From: Camelus dromedarius
Lineage: Eukaryota
Reading direction: 5' to 3'
DNA length: 64,000 nt
NCBI RefSeq assembly: GCF_036321535.1
Contig: NC_087436.1
Location: 10,168,001-10,232,000 of the forward strand
Shown: piece after piece, positions 24,900 to 37,479 of the stretch
How the letters are laid out: each line of letters begins with the position of its first letter
How positions within the stretch are numbered: position 1 is the first letter of the stretch
The notes under the pieces: generated by a model
Databases searched by the model: none
Seen by the model: only the letters and a program-made list of their open reading frames with translations
What the model was told of the DNA's origin: nothing
Program-made: the position numbers and the translations under genes

Positions 24900-26200
24900 T
24901 CAGTTCTATGCTTCGCCTATAGCTACTGATTTCCTTCTTGCTTCCAAGGTAACATTTTAGAAAGCATGTTCTGCACTTCCCCAGTGTCAACTCTCTCTCA
25001 CCGTCTACAGATTCCTCAACCCTCTGAAATGCCGCTGTCAGAAACAGGACCCCACTGAAATGGCTTGTGACAAAATTCCCGCTGACCTCCTCAGTTTTTG
25101 TTCACTCTCAGTCCTGTCTGTAACCCCTGACACTACTGACTCTTCAATTTCTTTTAAAACTTTGGTTCCAAGAGTGTCACTCTCCACTGGTCCTTTGCCC
25201 CCTTTCTGGCTGCAGCTGTTTCTCCTCTGCTGGCTTTTCTTTTCCACCTTTCCCTTTATCTTGGTCCCCAGGGCTCTGTCTTCACCCACATTCTAATCAC
25301 ACATTCTCATTCTCCACTGATTCATTTGTGTCTGGGCTTCCACAACCAGACACGTCCTTCCTACACCAACCTGGTCCAGACTCACCTCCTGGCCTCGCTG
25401 GCCACCGGCATCTCAAACTCCCGTGGCCTGACTGAACTTCTGTTATGTCCCCAGATGGGCCCACCTGCCTATATACTCTTCCCCAGTGAATAATCAGACT
25501 CTTCACCCAGTCCCTCAAGGCAGAAGGCTGAGAGCCACTGTGGGCTGTTTCCTCCACCTCCTCCTCCATCTTCAGCCCTCGCAGCTGCTCAGGGACTAAA
25601 CCGCACCAAATGTCTTCCTCTCCATCCCCTCAGATGCTGCTTTGTTGAATCATTTTGTTTTCTAGCTTGCACGTTGTGCCTCGCTCACTCACACAGGCAA
25701 TTCATTCTCCACACATTGCCGTGGCGTCATCTTGCAAAAATACAATATACAAATTCCTTATTTAATACTCTTAAGTGTCTTTCCATTTCCTTCTGGATAA
25801 AGTTGAAATTCTTTGGGAAAGCATCCTGTGTTTATCTGGCATTTGCTTTCTATTTAACCTCGTCTATTTACATTGTTAATTTAATTCTCACAACCTGTCT
25901 ATGACAGACATCTTGTTAATACTTTCCCTGTAGATGAGGGTGGGAGGTTAAGAAACTTGCCTGTGACCATCCTTCTCTCTGGTAAAGCCAGCTGTGTTCA
26001 GCTTGTGAGTAGCTCACACCCTGTGCATTTCAATGTACTGTTTTCTTGCCTAGAAGGTCCTCAGTGCTCTGGGTCTCACTGGGAGACATCCAGTCACCAT
26101 TCATAACCAGTTTTAGTTGCCTCCTCTCCTAGGAGGTGTTTCCTAACCATCCAGATGGACCTGATCACTCCTACCCTGAACCACAGAGGCACTGTGAGAT
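24900..26200 (+). mobile_element. L2 LINE 3' region, fragmented
   Basis: Pyrimidine-rich with L2 motifs (cccactgaaatggcttgtgacaaaattcccgctgacctcc; ggcatctcaaactc; ctcttcacccagtccctcaaggcagaa). Confidence 0.7.
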
Positions 26201-28200
26201 GGTGCTGAAAACTACAGACCTGGCGTATGACACTCATTCAAGTCTGCATCCCAGACTGAGACCTTAGACAGCTGATTTAACCTCCACTGGCTTCAACTTA
26301 CTCCCCCGTGACTGTGACAAGGACACTCAGTTTATATTTCTGGGAGGGTTCAAGAGGTCAGGCACACAGCAAAGCCGGCAGCACCAGCAAGCAGCCAGGA
26401 AGCCCTGACCGATTACTGTGGCTATTAACGTAATGCATCCAAGCATGTCGGTACTGCAGACATCTACACGTCCACCAAATCTACGCACCGTAACCCAGGA
26501 GGAGAATGTCCCTTGGACCTCAGTGACCTGATAATCTGCATATCTGCCGAAATATTTCTATCTATCTACTATGACTTATTTAATTGACCACATTCCTTTC
26601 TGCTTTGGTCGCTAATCCTTTTGCAAGCACACTCCTCTCCAAGTAGCATACGAATGCATCTTCCTTGTGTTTGCTTTCTAATCTTACTTCACTCTCTTTC
26701 TTCCACTGCAACCTCCTTAACCACTTGCCTTCTGTTTTGGGCTGTGCCTCCACCAGCAGGCTCAAACCCGCTGTGCCTTGGGACGGAGTGCTGATCACTG
26801 TTGAAAGGCCAGGACAGGAGAGGGCTGAGCTGAGCAGCCTGAAAGGCTCTGTAGACTGACTGACGTGTGAAACCCTCATCTGTCAAATCATCAGCTCACG
26901 ATAATGGAAGGAAAACAGCAGCAGTGCTTCAGCGGTGGAGATGACGACTCGTCCGATTTGATGTGGATAAAACTCTTCAGTTTATTGAAATAAGAACGGC
27001 AGCCAAAAGGAGCTGAAGGGTGTTTTATCTAATAAATGAGCAACATGAAACAGAGAGACACAAACACAGCCATATTTGTGTCTCAAAGCTTTGGGAATCG
27101 TGAAATGAAACACGGTATCTTTTAATGTGATCAATTTTTGAGCAAAAATGTAAGGAGGGGGTAAGTCTTATGTATGAAAAAAAAAATGACTGGAAACCCA
27201 GATCAGCAGTATTGGATGAGTGACTAAGAATTTCTTCCAATTATTTAGATAAATAAATGTAGCCTGTAAACAGTATTGCCAAGATTAGGTTCATAAGTAG
27301 TCTTCAAATCTTTAAACCTCAGTAAGAGTCTTACTCTCACCCAGTTTTCTTGTTAATAATGAACTAACAAAAAGAGTAAAGTGATCCCTATTTTTCCTTT
27401 CATGGGGATTTCCCTCTAAACCAACCTCTCGGGAGCCCAGATCTCTGGGGAGAAACTCCCCCGTGATGTCAGGATGCTGTCATAGCTTCTTGAGAAATTG
27501 TGGCGTTCTCCCAATTACATGGAAAGAATTCTCAAAACTGGGCCTTGACTCTTAAAAACGGAAGGGGGGGGATCTGCAACAGGTGGGTGATATTAACCCC
27601 CCAAAATACTTTGTCTTTTATGTGATTTAATTTCACAAGCTGTGAAAAAGCTGTTGATTGCAATCAGTTTACATAGAAATTAGTCAAAATATGCCGATGT
27701 TAACACAGCTCCGAAAATGTAACTGCCTGTAGCCAAAAGCCCCACATCTCCTGGAAATGCAGAGATAGGACTTAAGTGGCTGTGGGGTTATTTTAATGTT
27801 AATGCTTTAATAGATACGTGTTCCCTCAAGTCAGATTCTTTCACTCTAATGACATGATATCTTATAAAAAAGCAGTAGCTTTGTGCAGGCAGGGGGCATA
27901 GTTGACCCTGTGTATTATAAGAGATGACTGTGATTTCGGGTTTGCAATGCTGGAATAGTTTTCTAGAAAGGAGAAGGCAGTGAAGTGTGTTGCCTTGACA
28001 ACACTGGTTAGTTGCATCAAGAAATCCATGGCGATGCGGGCTCTTCTGTCAAGACTGCAAACCATCTACCAAATTAGGTTAAAAGAAAACTAATTCCCCT
28101 GCAAGGATCTATTACCCGACTTAGGAAATAGTAGTTCTCACGTTTTACCGTGAACCTAGCTAGGAAACAGACGAAAGATCTAGGAGAGCAGGAAGAAATC

Positions 28201-28253
28201 AAAAGTACGAGGGTTTTCATGAAAAAAATGCTCAATAAAAGTACGAGGGTTTT
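28201..28253 (+). repeat. 17-bp perfect direct repeat with 19-bp spacer
   Basis: aaaagtacgagggtttt at 28201-28217 and 28237-28253. Confidence 0.9.
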
Positions 28254-29331
28254 ATTAAGGAGTCTGCTCCCCCTCCACGCCACCGCACCCCTACCGGGTT
28301 CCAGCACATTCTCTGAAAGTCGATTCTGCTACGAAGAGGTGTCTTGCCCCCATTCTTTTCCTCTCCCCAGTGGTCTCCCGCAAAGCACCTCCATGGGCAA
28401 CATCGCGGGTCCCTCTTGCATATTCTTAAATAACGAGCATAAGACGGATTACCGCGGCCAAGCTGGCTATGAGTTGGAAATAAAACAAAACCTGTTAACA
28501 TGCGAGCCCTCTAGTCCAATTATCCTGGCAGGCTGCGGAGAGATTTATCTGTAAAGTATCAAGCCTCAAAGATAAACCTGTTATTGAAAACAAGCTCGTT
28601 TCTGCCCTCCAGCAAGCGCTCCTCATGCCTCTGTTCTGAGCACACAGTTGTGAGACCCTGCCTCTCAAATCACCGGAAAGCAATTCTGAATGAGGGGCTT
28701 GGATTTTCCTTTTAAAAGTGTTTATTTTTCTTTCTTTTCTTTTTTTTTTTTTAGATAAGCAGAGCTATGCTTTTCTTTGGCTTGAACTGCAGTATGAATT
28801 TTATTTCCAACAGTCTCCTGCTGTGATTCACCTGACCTTATCTGAGATGGGTCCTAAGTGAAGGGGACACACTGCGTGGCTGGGCTGCCCTCTCCTTTTG
28901 TATTTCCTGGGCTTTAGGATCTGTGAAGGGAACTGGGACCAGAGGGTCACATATTAGGAGCAAAGGAACTGACTGTAGTAACAAAGTTGAGAAGCACTTG
29001 CCCAAACCCCTCTGAGTTCAGACAGTAGAAATGGGCAGACACTGGCAGCTCTCGCACTGGGGGGGCCAAGGCAGCCTAGCGGAGTGAGCCGCTGAGCGGC
29101 TAAGAACAAAGAAAGTTTTTGTTCCAAGTGGGGTTTCTTTTCTTTCTCCTGTGTAGTACACAGGATGCCTAGCAAGTGGACCTGTCACCTGCATTAAAGG
29201 CCAGTGTTACAAGGCTTTAGGTCCCCTGGAGGCAAAAACCATCACTCCAAGCCTACAGGTAATCTAAAGGATGCCAAAGGATGAATGGAAACGCTGCTTT
29301 GTAGATGTATTTTTTAGAAGTAACGAGTGAT

Positions 29332-29462
29332 GGGGGGAGGGCATAGCTCAGTGGAAGAGCGCATACTTAGCATGCATGAGGTTCTGGGTTCAATCCCCAG
29401 TACCTCCATTAAAAAACAAGAATAAACAAACTTAATGCTCCCCCCACCAAACCAAACAAAAA
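29332..29462 (+). mobile_element. tRNA-derived SINE (Vic-1 type)
   Basis: ggggggagggcatagctcagtggaagagcgcatacttagcatgcatgaggttctgggttcaatccccagtacctcc plus tail. Confidence 0.93.
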
Positions 29463-29464
29463 AT

Positions 29465-29800
29465 CAGACACAGAAAATAAACTGGTTACTGAGAAGAAGG
29501 AGGGATGGAGGGACAGATAGGAGTTTGGGATTAACAGATACATGTTACTGTATATAAAACAGATAAACAACAAGGACCTAGTGTGTAGCACAGGGAACTA
29601 TATTCAATTTCTTGTAATAACATATAATGGAAAAGGAATTGAAAAAATATATATGTATGTATGTATATGTATAACTGAATCGGTTTGCTGTAAACCTGAA
29701 ACTAACATTGTAACTTGACTACACTTCAACTAAAAACAAGAATTTTATATATATATATAATTTTTTTCTTTTCTTTTCTTTACTTTTTTCAAAAAAAAAA
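29465..29800 (+). mobile_element. L1 3' UTR fragment directly fused behind the SINE
   Basis: cagacacagaaaataaactggttac...ggagtttgggattaacagatac...agcacagggaactatattcaa...gactacacttcaac, then a low-complexity and A tail. Confidence 0.9.
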
Positions 29801-30579
29801 AAAGTGACAAGTGAACACACTGTGACTCACTGGCCAGATACCAGGTAGAAAAACTGGCATGTTCTTTGGGAAATATGCCAGAGAAGTAGTCCTGGAAAAC
29901 TTCAGATTCAAACCTAGTGCTTCTCAATCAAGATAAGAATACAGAGACTCTAACCAAATATTCAGCCATCACTTGTGCTCTTAGCAAAGTCCTCTAACCT
30001 GATCAGTTGCCAAGCTAACCAACATACCTTCCATGCAAATGCTCTTCTAGGACCACAGGAAACAGGAACTTCATCTGAGAAGACAGAACTCACCTTTCTC
30101 ATGAGAAGTGGGCTATCTGTCTTTTGGTCTACTTAGTGTGACCACACAGGTCCGTCTCACATGGGAACAGTTTGGGTGAAATATGTGAGTCTACCTCTGT
30201 GGTCACATTGAAGAAAACCCCTCTATTTTAGAGAAGAAAGTAGGCATGTCTAAGTAAAACCTACAGCTGGTAAAAAGCAACAGATATGACATGAGGAACT
30301 CTTGCCTTCTGGTCCTCACTTTACACAAATGTGAAAGACACGTAATAATGTTTGGGTCTCGTGTCTTTCTCCCCCTTATAAAGTAAAATGTTAGATTTGG
30401 TGGTTTCCAAACTTTTCTCCTTGGAGGACAAGGATTTTTCAGTCCTGGGGGCTAGCAGAGGTCAAAGAGGACAGAGAACAAGAAAGATGCTGGGTTCCCC
30501 TTCTTTAAGTTTGCTCACTAGTCTAAGCAGAGTATTTCAGCTTTTACCTCTTCTGTTATTCACTCTGGAACATTTTAAA

Positions 30580-30785
30580 ATAAAATTTTAATTTTAGAAT
30601 CATTTTAGATTTATGGAAGTTTCAAAGATAATGAAGGTTGTTTATACCCCTCACCCAGTTTCCCTTCGTGTCAGCACCTTACATGACCGTAGGACATCTG
30701 TCAAACGAAGAAACTGACATCAGTACATTAATGCTAACTGAACTCTAGGCTTTGTTAGGATTTTGCCACTTTTGCCACTAATTTT
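30580..30785 (-). mobile_element. Old L1MC/MD-type 3' end
   Basis: tttagaatcattttagatttatggaag...tatacccctcacccagtttccc...aagaaactgacatcagtacatta. Confidence 0.7.
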
Positions 30786-30949
30786 TAAAAACTTTTAGCT
30801 AGATACTGTTCCCTGAGCAAAGTTCTGAGACTATCTTTCAAAGAGTTTAAACAGTGTGGGAGAGCTGTAAGAGAATCTAGCACCTAAGCGAGGATGCTTT
30901 AGAGGTCTGTGTTAGGAAGACCTTCTCCTTCCATGATTCCAGGCTTCAG

Positions 30950-31040
30950 GAAGCATGGTTCTATGTGGGCATCGCCTGGGAGTTCGTTAGGAATGCAGAA
31001 TCTCATGCCCTCTCCAGACCTACTGAGCAACCAAAACTTA
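30950..31040 (+). mobile_element. MER5A fragment
   Basis: gcatcgcctgggagttcgttaggaatgcagaatctcatgccctctccagacctactgag. Confidence 0.7.
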
Positions 31041-31435
31041 TTTCTTGAGATCTACTTCTATCAATCTATAGGAAAGTTCACTGTAAAGATCACATGGAAT
31101 TTCATCTTAAGACAACCGCCTGCTCCACCCTGCTGCACCCTTCTTTACCGTCGTCGGGAGGCAGTCACTTTTCAATATGGCGGGTGGTGCTCTGATACTT
31201 TCCTCCATCACATTCTGTAACGTGCTCCTACTGTTATGGACAACTCACTGCTATTACGCATCATCTGTTGGTCTCTTATTGTTGCTTGTTGAGGATTTAA
31301 TGCTTAGCCACAGATCCCCCCTCGTTCACATTCATACTCCCAGTAGAAGTGTGTGGCTACTTTGACTATATCATATAAGAAATTAGAACTATATGGAACG
31401 ATATTCATTAAAAAGAATCAAGCGTTACTGAAGAG

Positions 31436-31895
31436 CAGGGTTTTTCAAAGTGTCATCGGGGAACCCTTTCAAGGGGTCAGTGTGGTCAAAACTCTTCAGT
31501 AATAATTCTTAATGATTTTTGTATGGTGGGATTTTCCAGAAGCTGTATGGTATCACAGAATACTGGATGTGACTGAACGAAGACACAGACATGAAATTTC
31601 AGTTGTCTTCCATTAGACCAGACATGAAAGAGATTTGCAAAATGAAAAGCAAAGCAACTTTTCTCATTAAATATTTTTTTATCTTGGAAATATAATCTTC
31701 CATAAAAATATATTACTTAACATGCAAGTGTTTCTTATTTTTAATTAATTTAATAAGTGCATATTTAAACATTTCTCAGTTTCAGTTCCTAACATGGTAA
31801 ATACTGGTAGATATAAACTATGTAAACCAAAGCTCTTTGATGTGCTCAAATAATTTGTAGAAGGGTTTTGAGGCCAAAAAGTTTAAGAATCACTG
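31436..31895 (+). mobile_element. Charlie1-derived non-autonomous hAT element (Charlie1b-like)
   Basis: Termini cagggtttttcaaag and gtttaagaatcactg; flanks ctgaagag / ctctcgag resemble the hAT NTCTAGAN target; internal cagttgtcttccattagaccagacatgaaagagatttgcaaaa is typical of Charlie1. Confidence 0.8.
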
Positions 31896-34176
31896 CTCTC
31901 GAGTAATAATTCACTTCTTTAATAGATTTCTGTTGCATTTTAAAGATAATTCCTTTTTAATTATTTGCTTAAGATGTACCTATTTCAAGTTTTTTCTCTG
32001 TTCTTCCTTGCATCGACCCAAAGCCCCTCGACCCGACTTCTGAAGCAAGTCAGATATCCTCTCAAACTGATCTTCCCCACAGACCTCTGACCTCAAGGTT
32101 TCTATCTTATTCTCCATCCCGAGCAGGTCACCGTCATGGTGGATGTATTTCTCCTCCCACTCTGCTCCTCTGCACGCTCCCCACGGGCGTCCCTTTTAAA
32201 TAGCTTGACATGCCTGGTGCACAGCCCTTGTTCTGGGAGGTTCTTTGTTGCCTCCTATGCTTTTCCAATCCTAACTTTTTTTCCTGTGGCAAAGCCCTTA
32301 TTTTGCTTAAGCACTCCCTTGAAAAGTTTCCTAAGAGACCAAGGGGTATAAAGTTTTTAGGACCCTTGCATTGTCTGAAAATCTTTATTCCACTCTTACA
32401 TTTTATCGGTAGATTTGCTGTGTGTTAAAGTTGTGGTCGCATACTCCTTTAGAATGTCCTGGTTCTTACTGCACCATCTCTTAAGCACATACCATAGAGA
32501 AGATCACCATAATTCTGATTACAGTGGCATTCATCAGAAGCCCTTTGAAAGCTTCCTGAAGTTACTATTGACTTTTATTTACTCTTGGTATTCTGGATTT
32601 TTGCAGTAGCGTATATTTATCTAAGTCTTCATTTACTTGTTCTGGGTAATCATGCCCTTCGTTTCTTGGAAGTACTCTTGCTTCTGATTACTTTGATAAT
32701 TTTCTTTGCCTTTTTGTCTATTCTCAGTATCTGCAAATTTTCTTAATCTAATTCTAGACTCCTTTTTCTATGAGTTAAAAAAAGTTGCTTTACTCCTTTT
32801 ATCCTTTTATTTTACTTTCTGGAATATCTGTTCAACTTCCTTTTTCATGTCTTTTGTTAAATGCTTTTGATTTCTAAGGGCTTAAAAAGTCCACTTTTTA
32901 CTTTTTCTTGATTGATAGGTGCTGAAAACATAAATTAAGCTTTCTCTGGCAAGTTTTGAGAGCAGTGCAATGGCAGCTTCCTGAAAAGCACTAGAAAAGT
33001 CATTCTTTCCCTCCCCACTGGGAGTGTTTAAATGACACAGGAGGCCCTGAATCCTCCAATTTCCACAGACATCAAAATGTCTTATGAAGGTGACAAATGA
33101 TGGCCCATGCGGGGCAGGAATTCTTAAGTTGTCATGACTTTGGTTTGGTCAAGGAGCTTAATTTTTGCTGTTTCCTCAAAGCACCTAACTCTGTGATTCA
33201 GAAATTTGAACAAAGAGATGCTCAAAGGGAAGACAGGAGATGTAGGCTGTGAGGAAGACTGGGGGGGGGTATTTTTCTTACAGAAAGAGATGAATTCCTG
33301 AGCGTGGTCTCTTTTGACTCAAGTCCACCCACTGAAGGTGTTTGGAATGCTTGGTAACATCCAGCCTTGGATTCCAAACCTTCCTCAAGAACTGCTGAGT
33401 CACTTGAGTCAGAAGACCAGCGCCAGCCAGCCCCTCCCTTGCCAGGGCGCCTGGAGGAAGAGATCTGCGTCTAGGCTGTTGGGATCATCCCCCCCAGGTA
33501 AGGCATACAGTTGGATGTCACGGGGAACGGTGGCCCAGGGAAGACCAGAGACTCGCAGGTGTGTTTCTTGGGCACCGTGAGACTATGATGAAAGTCAAAC
33601 AGAGAACCGCTGCTCAAGGTTGCTCAGCACCAGGAGGCTCAGGTGGGTCAGGAGCAGAAGCACCCGAGCTGCAGGACCGCAGGCCAAGTGCCTGCAGCGG
33701 TGGCGGGGGAGGGCGCGCCCTCCCTCACTGAAATGGTATGTGGTTTGATGTTCCTGGTGACACCTGTTGCTGAGCTTTTCCTCTGCTGTTTCTTCTATTT
33801 GACACTGTGGTCCGTGAACTAAACCATTTGTACCAGCTCATCCAGGCTGAGGGTTGAAGTCAAGTACCCAGTCTGTGTCTACGGTCTTTTGGGACCCATC
33901 TTCCAACACCGTAGGCTGTGCCCGGGTGGGTGGCTCCTACCAGCACGCCTTGGCTTCGCTGACACGCGCTCCCTGCAGAATGCCACCATTCAACTGGGGG
34001 CCACTCCTGAGTCACACTCTGGTGTCTCTGTTTACCGTGGGTCCTTTTACCTCTTTCATATTTTTGAATTCTAAATAAAATCACATTCAAAGAGGAACGA
34101 AGTTCTACTGCTTTCAACAGCTTTGGAAACCAGTTACAACTTGGAAAGACACTTCTAACTTAATTCTAGGACTATA

Positions 34177-34590
34177 CCTGGAGATCGTAATTCTAGGTGA
34201 AGTAAGCCAGAAAGAGAAAGAAAAATACCATATGATATCACTTACATGTGGAATCTAAACAAAAGACACACATGAACTTAGTTACAAAACAGAAACAGAC
34301 TCACAGACATAGAGAATAAACTTATGGTTACCAGGGGGAAGAAGTGATGGGAAGGGATAAATTGGGACTTTGAGATTTGCAGACACTAACTACTATATAT
34401 AAAAAGATAACAGCTTTATACTGTACAGCACAGGGAACTATATTCAATATCTTGTAGTAACATATAATGAAAAAGAATTTGAAAAGGAATATATGTATGT
34501 GTATGTATGACTGAAACACGGTGCTGTCCACCAGAAATCGACACATTGTAAACTGACTATACTTCAACTAAAAAAAATGAAAAAAAAAAA
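34177..34590 (+). mobile_element. 5'-truncated L1 3' end with TSD
   Basis: ORF2 end, 3' UTR and polyA. TSD tctaggact(a/g)ta at 34165-34176 and 34591-34602. Confidence 0.93.
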
Positions 34591-34659
34591 TCTAGGACTG
34601 TAAAAAACACTGAGAAGTTGAAATTAAAGTCATTTAAAATTTACATATGCTCATAGTTA

Positions 34660-34880
34660 ATATTTATTCACATCATGTTCCAGACACGATGCTAAGTGCC
34701 TGTCAGGTGTTATCTCATTCAGACCTCCTAACAACCGCAGAAGGGTGTTCACACTTTTATTATCTCCCATTTCACACATGAGGAGATACACGCATGGAGA
34801 AATTCAACAACTTGCCCCAAGCTATAAAGCTATGACTCCTTTCAAGGTGCAGACGCTGGCAGGCTGACTCGAGAGCTCAA
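34660..34880 (-). mobile_element. Near full-length MIR
   Basis: ccagacacgatgctaagtgc...ttatctcattcagacctcctaacaacc...tatctcccatttcacacatgaggaga...aacttgcccca. Confidence 0.8.
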
Positions 34881-35433
34881 GCCTTAATCACCACACAGTT
34901 AGGTAGAGGAAATACAAATAACCAGACTTTGGGATTATTTTGTATTAAGAAGTCTTTAAAAGCAGAATTTCACTGCATTGACAAAAATGATGAAACCTAT
35001 GTCAGGTGTTCACATGAAAATGACTTGCCTGCACGCTTGGAGCAAGCGGCCCTTTAAGAAGTAAGTACAAACTAAATTTTGTTCAAATATGCCAGGCAAG
35101 GCTAATTATTTTCCTCAACATTTTTTTTTAATGAACTCCTGAAAACGTTTCAGTACATCAGTGATTTTCCTGTCTTAACCTGCTTACGCTATTGATTTGC
35201 TCAGCAAATTCTTCATAGATAAACTCGGTGGCAAACTTAAGCCAGCGTTAAGTCTTGTCTGGATGTGTCTACAGACTTTACACTTGAGACTCAACTGACT
35301 TGCATCAGTCCACACTGGTTTCCTCTTCTGTGCCAAGAAGGCTTTTGGCCCAGCTGGCCTCTTTTCTTAGGGTCAGAAGTCTTCCAGGTACATCTCAGGG
35401 CTTCAGAACAGCCTGCTGTCAAGAAGCACTTGA

Positions 35434-36092
35434 TCATATGGTAATAGACCTACCCTATGACCCATCCATCCCACTCCTGGGCACGGAGGGAATGTTAACT
35501 TGAAAAGACACCTGCACCCCAATGTTCACAGCAACACTGTATACAATAGCCAAGACATGGAAGTAACCTAAATGTCCATGGACAGAGGACTGGATAAAGA
35601 AGATGTGGTATATTTATACAATGGAATACTACTCAGCCATAAAACAGAATAAAGTAATACCATTTGCAGCAACATGGATGGACCTGAAGAATGTCATTCT
35701 AAGTGAATTAAGCCAGAAAGAGAGAAAAATACCATATAACGTCACTCATATGTGGAACCTAAAAAAAGAAAAAAAAAAAAAGGACACTATGAACTCATCT
35801 AAAAAATAGAAACAGATTCGCAGACATAGTAAACAATCTTATGGTTACCAGAGGAAAGGGGTGGGAAGGAATAAATCTGGGAGTTTGAGATTTGCAAATG
35901 TTAGCCACAATATATATAAAAATAGATTAAAAAGTTTCTTCTGTACAGCACAGGGAATTATATTCAATATCTTGTAATAACCTTTAATGAAAAAGAATAT
36001 GAAAACAAATATACGTATATGCATGGCTGGGACATTGTGGTGTACACCAGAAATTGACACATTGTAACTGACTATATTTCAATTAAAAAAAA
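35434..36092 (+). mobile_element. 5'-truncated L1 3' end
   Basis: Encodes DLPYDPSIPLL...WYIYTMEYYSAIKQNKVIPFAATWMDLKNVILSE (ORF2 C-terminus), then 3' UTR and polyA; flanked by cacttga. Confidence 0.93.
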
Positions 36093-36555
36093 AACACTTG
36101 AACTTGCTTGACTTTTTTTTAGCTTTTAATGACCTGCTTACAACTTAGAAAAAAGAGTGGGGTCTGGACCCTCTAGCTTCCGGTCACCTCCCAGGATGCC
36201 CAGGATACTCAGTGGCCCTCACACCACCCCCTTCCCTTTCTTTGCTTCTCTTCTGTCTCCATTTCTTCTCTCCTTCTTTCTTCCCTATTTTCCCTTAGTT
36301 CCACTTCCTAATGGCTTTCTTTTTTGAATATAGAGACAGAGTGTCTTGTTTTTCCCACCATGGTTGGCTTTATAGGGTAACATGAGTGGGAAAGCACACA
36401 CGTTGTTTCTTCAGGATTTGAACTTGGACTCGAACTTGGACTCTGTTACTCAGCGTCCTGTCCTGTGCAACCTAACCTAATGTCCGTGTGAAGGATTCTC
36501 TCTGTCTGTTTTCCTTTTTCTTCTGAACATTTAAATTTAATTTGATTCTTTTAAA

Positions 36556-36780
36556 AATTTATTTATTTTTAAAATTGAAGTACAGTCAGTTACAATGTTT
36601 CAGTTTCTGGTGTGCAGCACAATGTCCCAGTCATGCATATACATACATATATTCGTTTTCATACTCTTTTTCATTAAAGGTTATTGAAAGATGTTGAATA
36701 TAGTTCCCTGTGCTATACAGCAGAAATTTGCTTTTTAAATCTATCTTTATAAATAGTGGCTAACATTTGAAAATCTCAAA
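36556..36780 (-). mobile_element. L1 3' UTR fragment, same subfamily as 35434-36092, opposite orientation
   Basis: Its reverse complement aligns by eye to about 35884-36090, sharing gcatg(a/g)ctgggacattgtg and taacctttaatgaaaaaga. Confidence 0.92.
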
Positions 36781-36889
36781 AAAAAAAAATTAATTTGAAA
36801 TGTGAAGTTCCTTCTCCTTCCTTCCTTCCCTCCTTCCCTCCTTCCTCTCTTTCTCTTTTTTGGTGGATTTTTCACTTTGCTTTTCATGA

Positions 36890-37035
36890 GATCACAGAAT
36901 TTTAAGTCAGAAGACACTTGTTCAGACCCCTTGTTTTACAGATGAGGAAACCGAGGCAAGGCTCAGAGGGATTAAGTTTCAGAACCAGAGTTAAAATCTC
37001 ATCTTCTGACTTGTAACCCAGTGCTCTTTCCTCTC
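36890..37035 (-). mobile_element. MIR fragment
   Basis: ttgttttacagatgaggaaaccgaggc...cagaaccagagttaaaatctcatcttctgact...ccagtgctctttcc. Confidence 0.75.
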
Positions 37036-37479
37036 CTATTTGAATGATTTGTCCTTTTGAAATTAGCTACTCTCCTTGTATTTCACTTAAAAGAGGATTT
37101 TAAAACGTTCATTCCTGGATGACAGGGTCCTCTGTGTTTTGGGAGTGGAGGGTGGGGTCCCCTGGAGGGAGGTCCTTACAAGGAAAGTGCCCTTGTCTTC
37201 GAGGGAAACCCCTTTTCTTTGTTTCTTGTTTCCGTGTGGAGGGACCTCCGTCAGAGGAGCACAGCTTACCTCTCTCTGCCCATCACCCATTTCTCTACCA
37301 GAGAGAATGGAAAACAGAACTGGGTATGGATTGCCCAGTGCCTCTGCCTCCTGACCCACTTCCCCGACGTTTTATAATATTTCATGCTGCACAGTTCTCA
37401 GGGGCACATTCTGGTGTACCCGTGGCTGGGTGGGTACAGCAGCCTAATTTAGGGCAAAGCATCTTATGCAAGACGATGG

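Noticed and set aside
33480..33860. Possible ancient LTR fragment
   Set aside because: Only a vague resemblance; I could not define termini or family.
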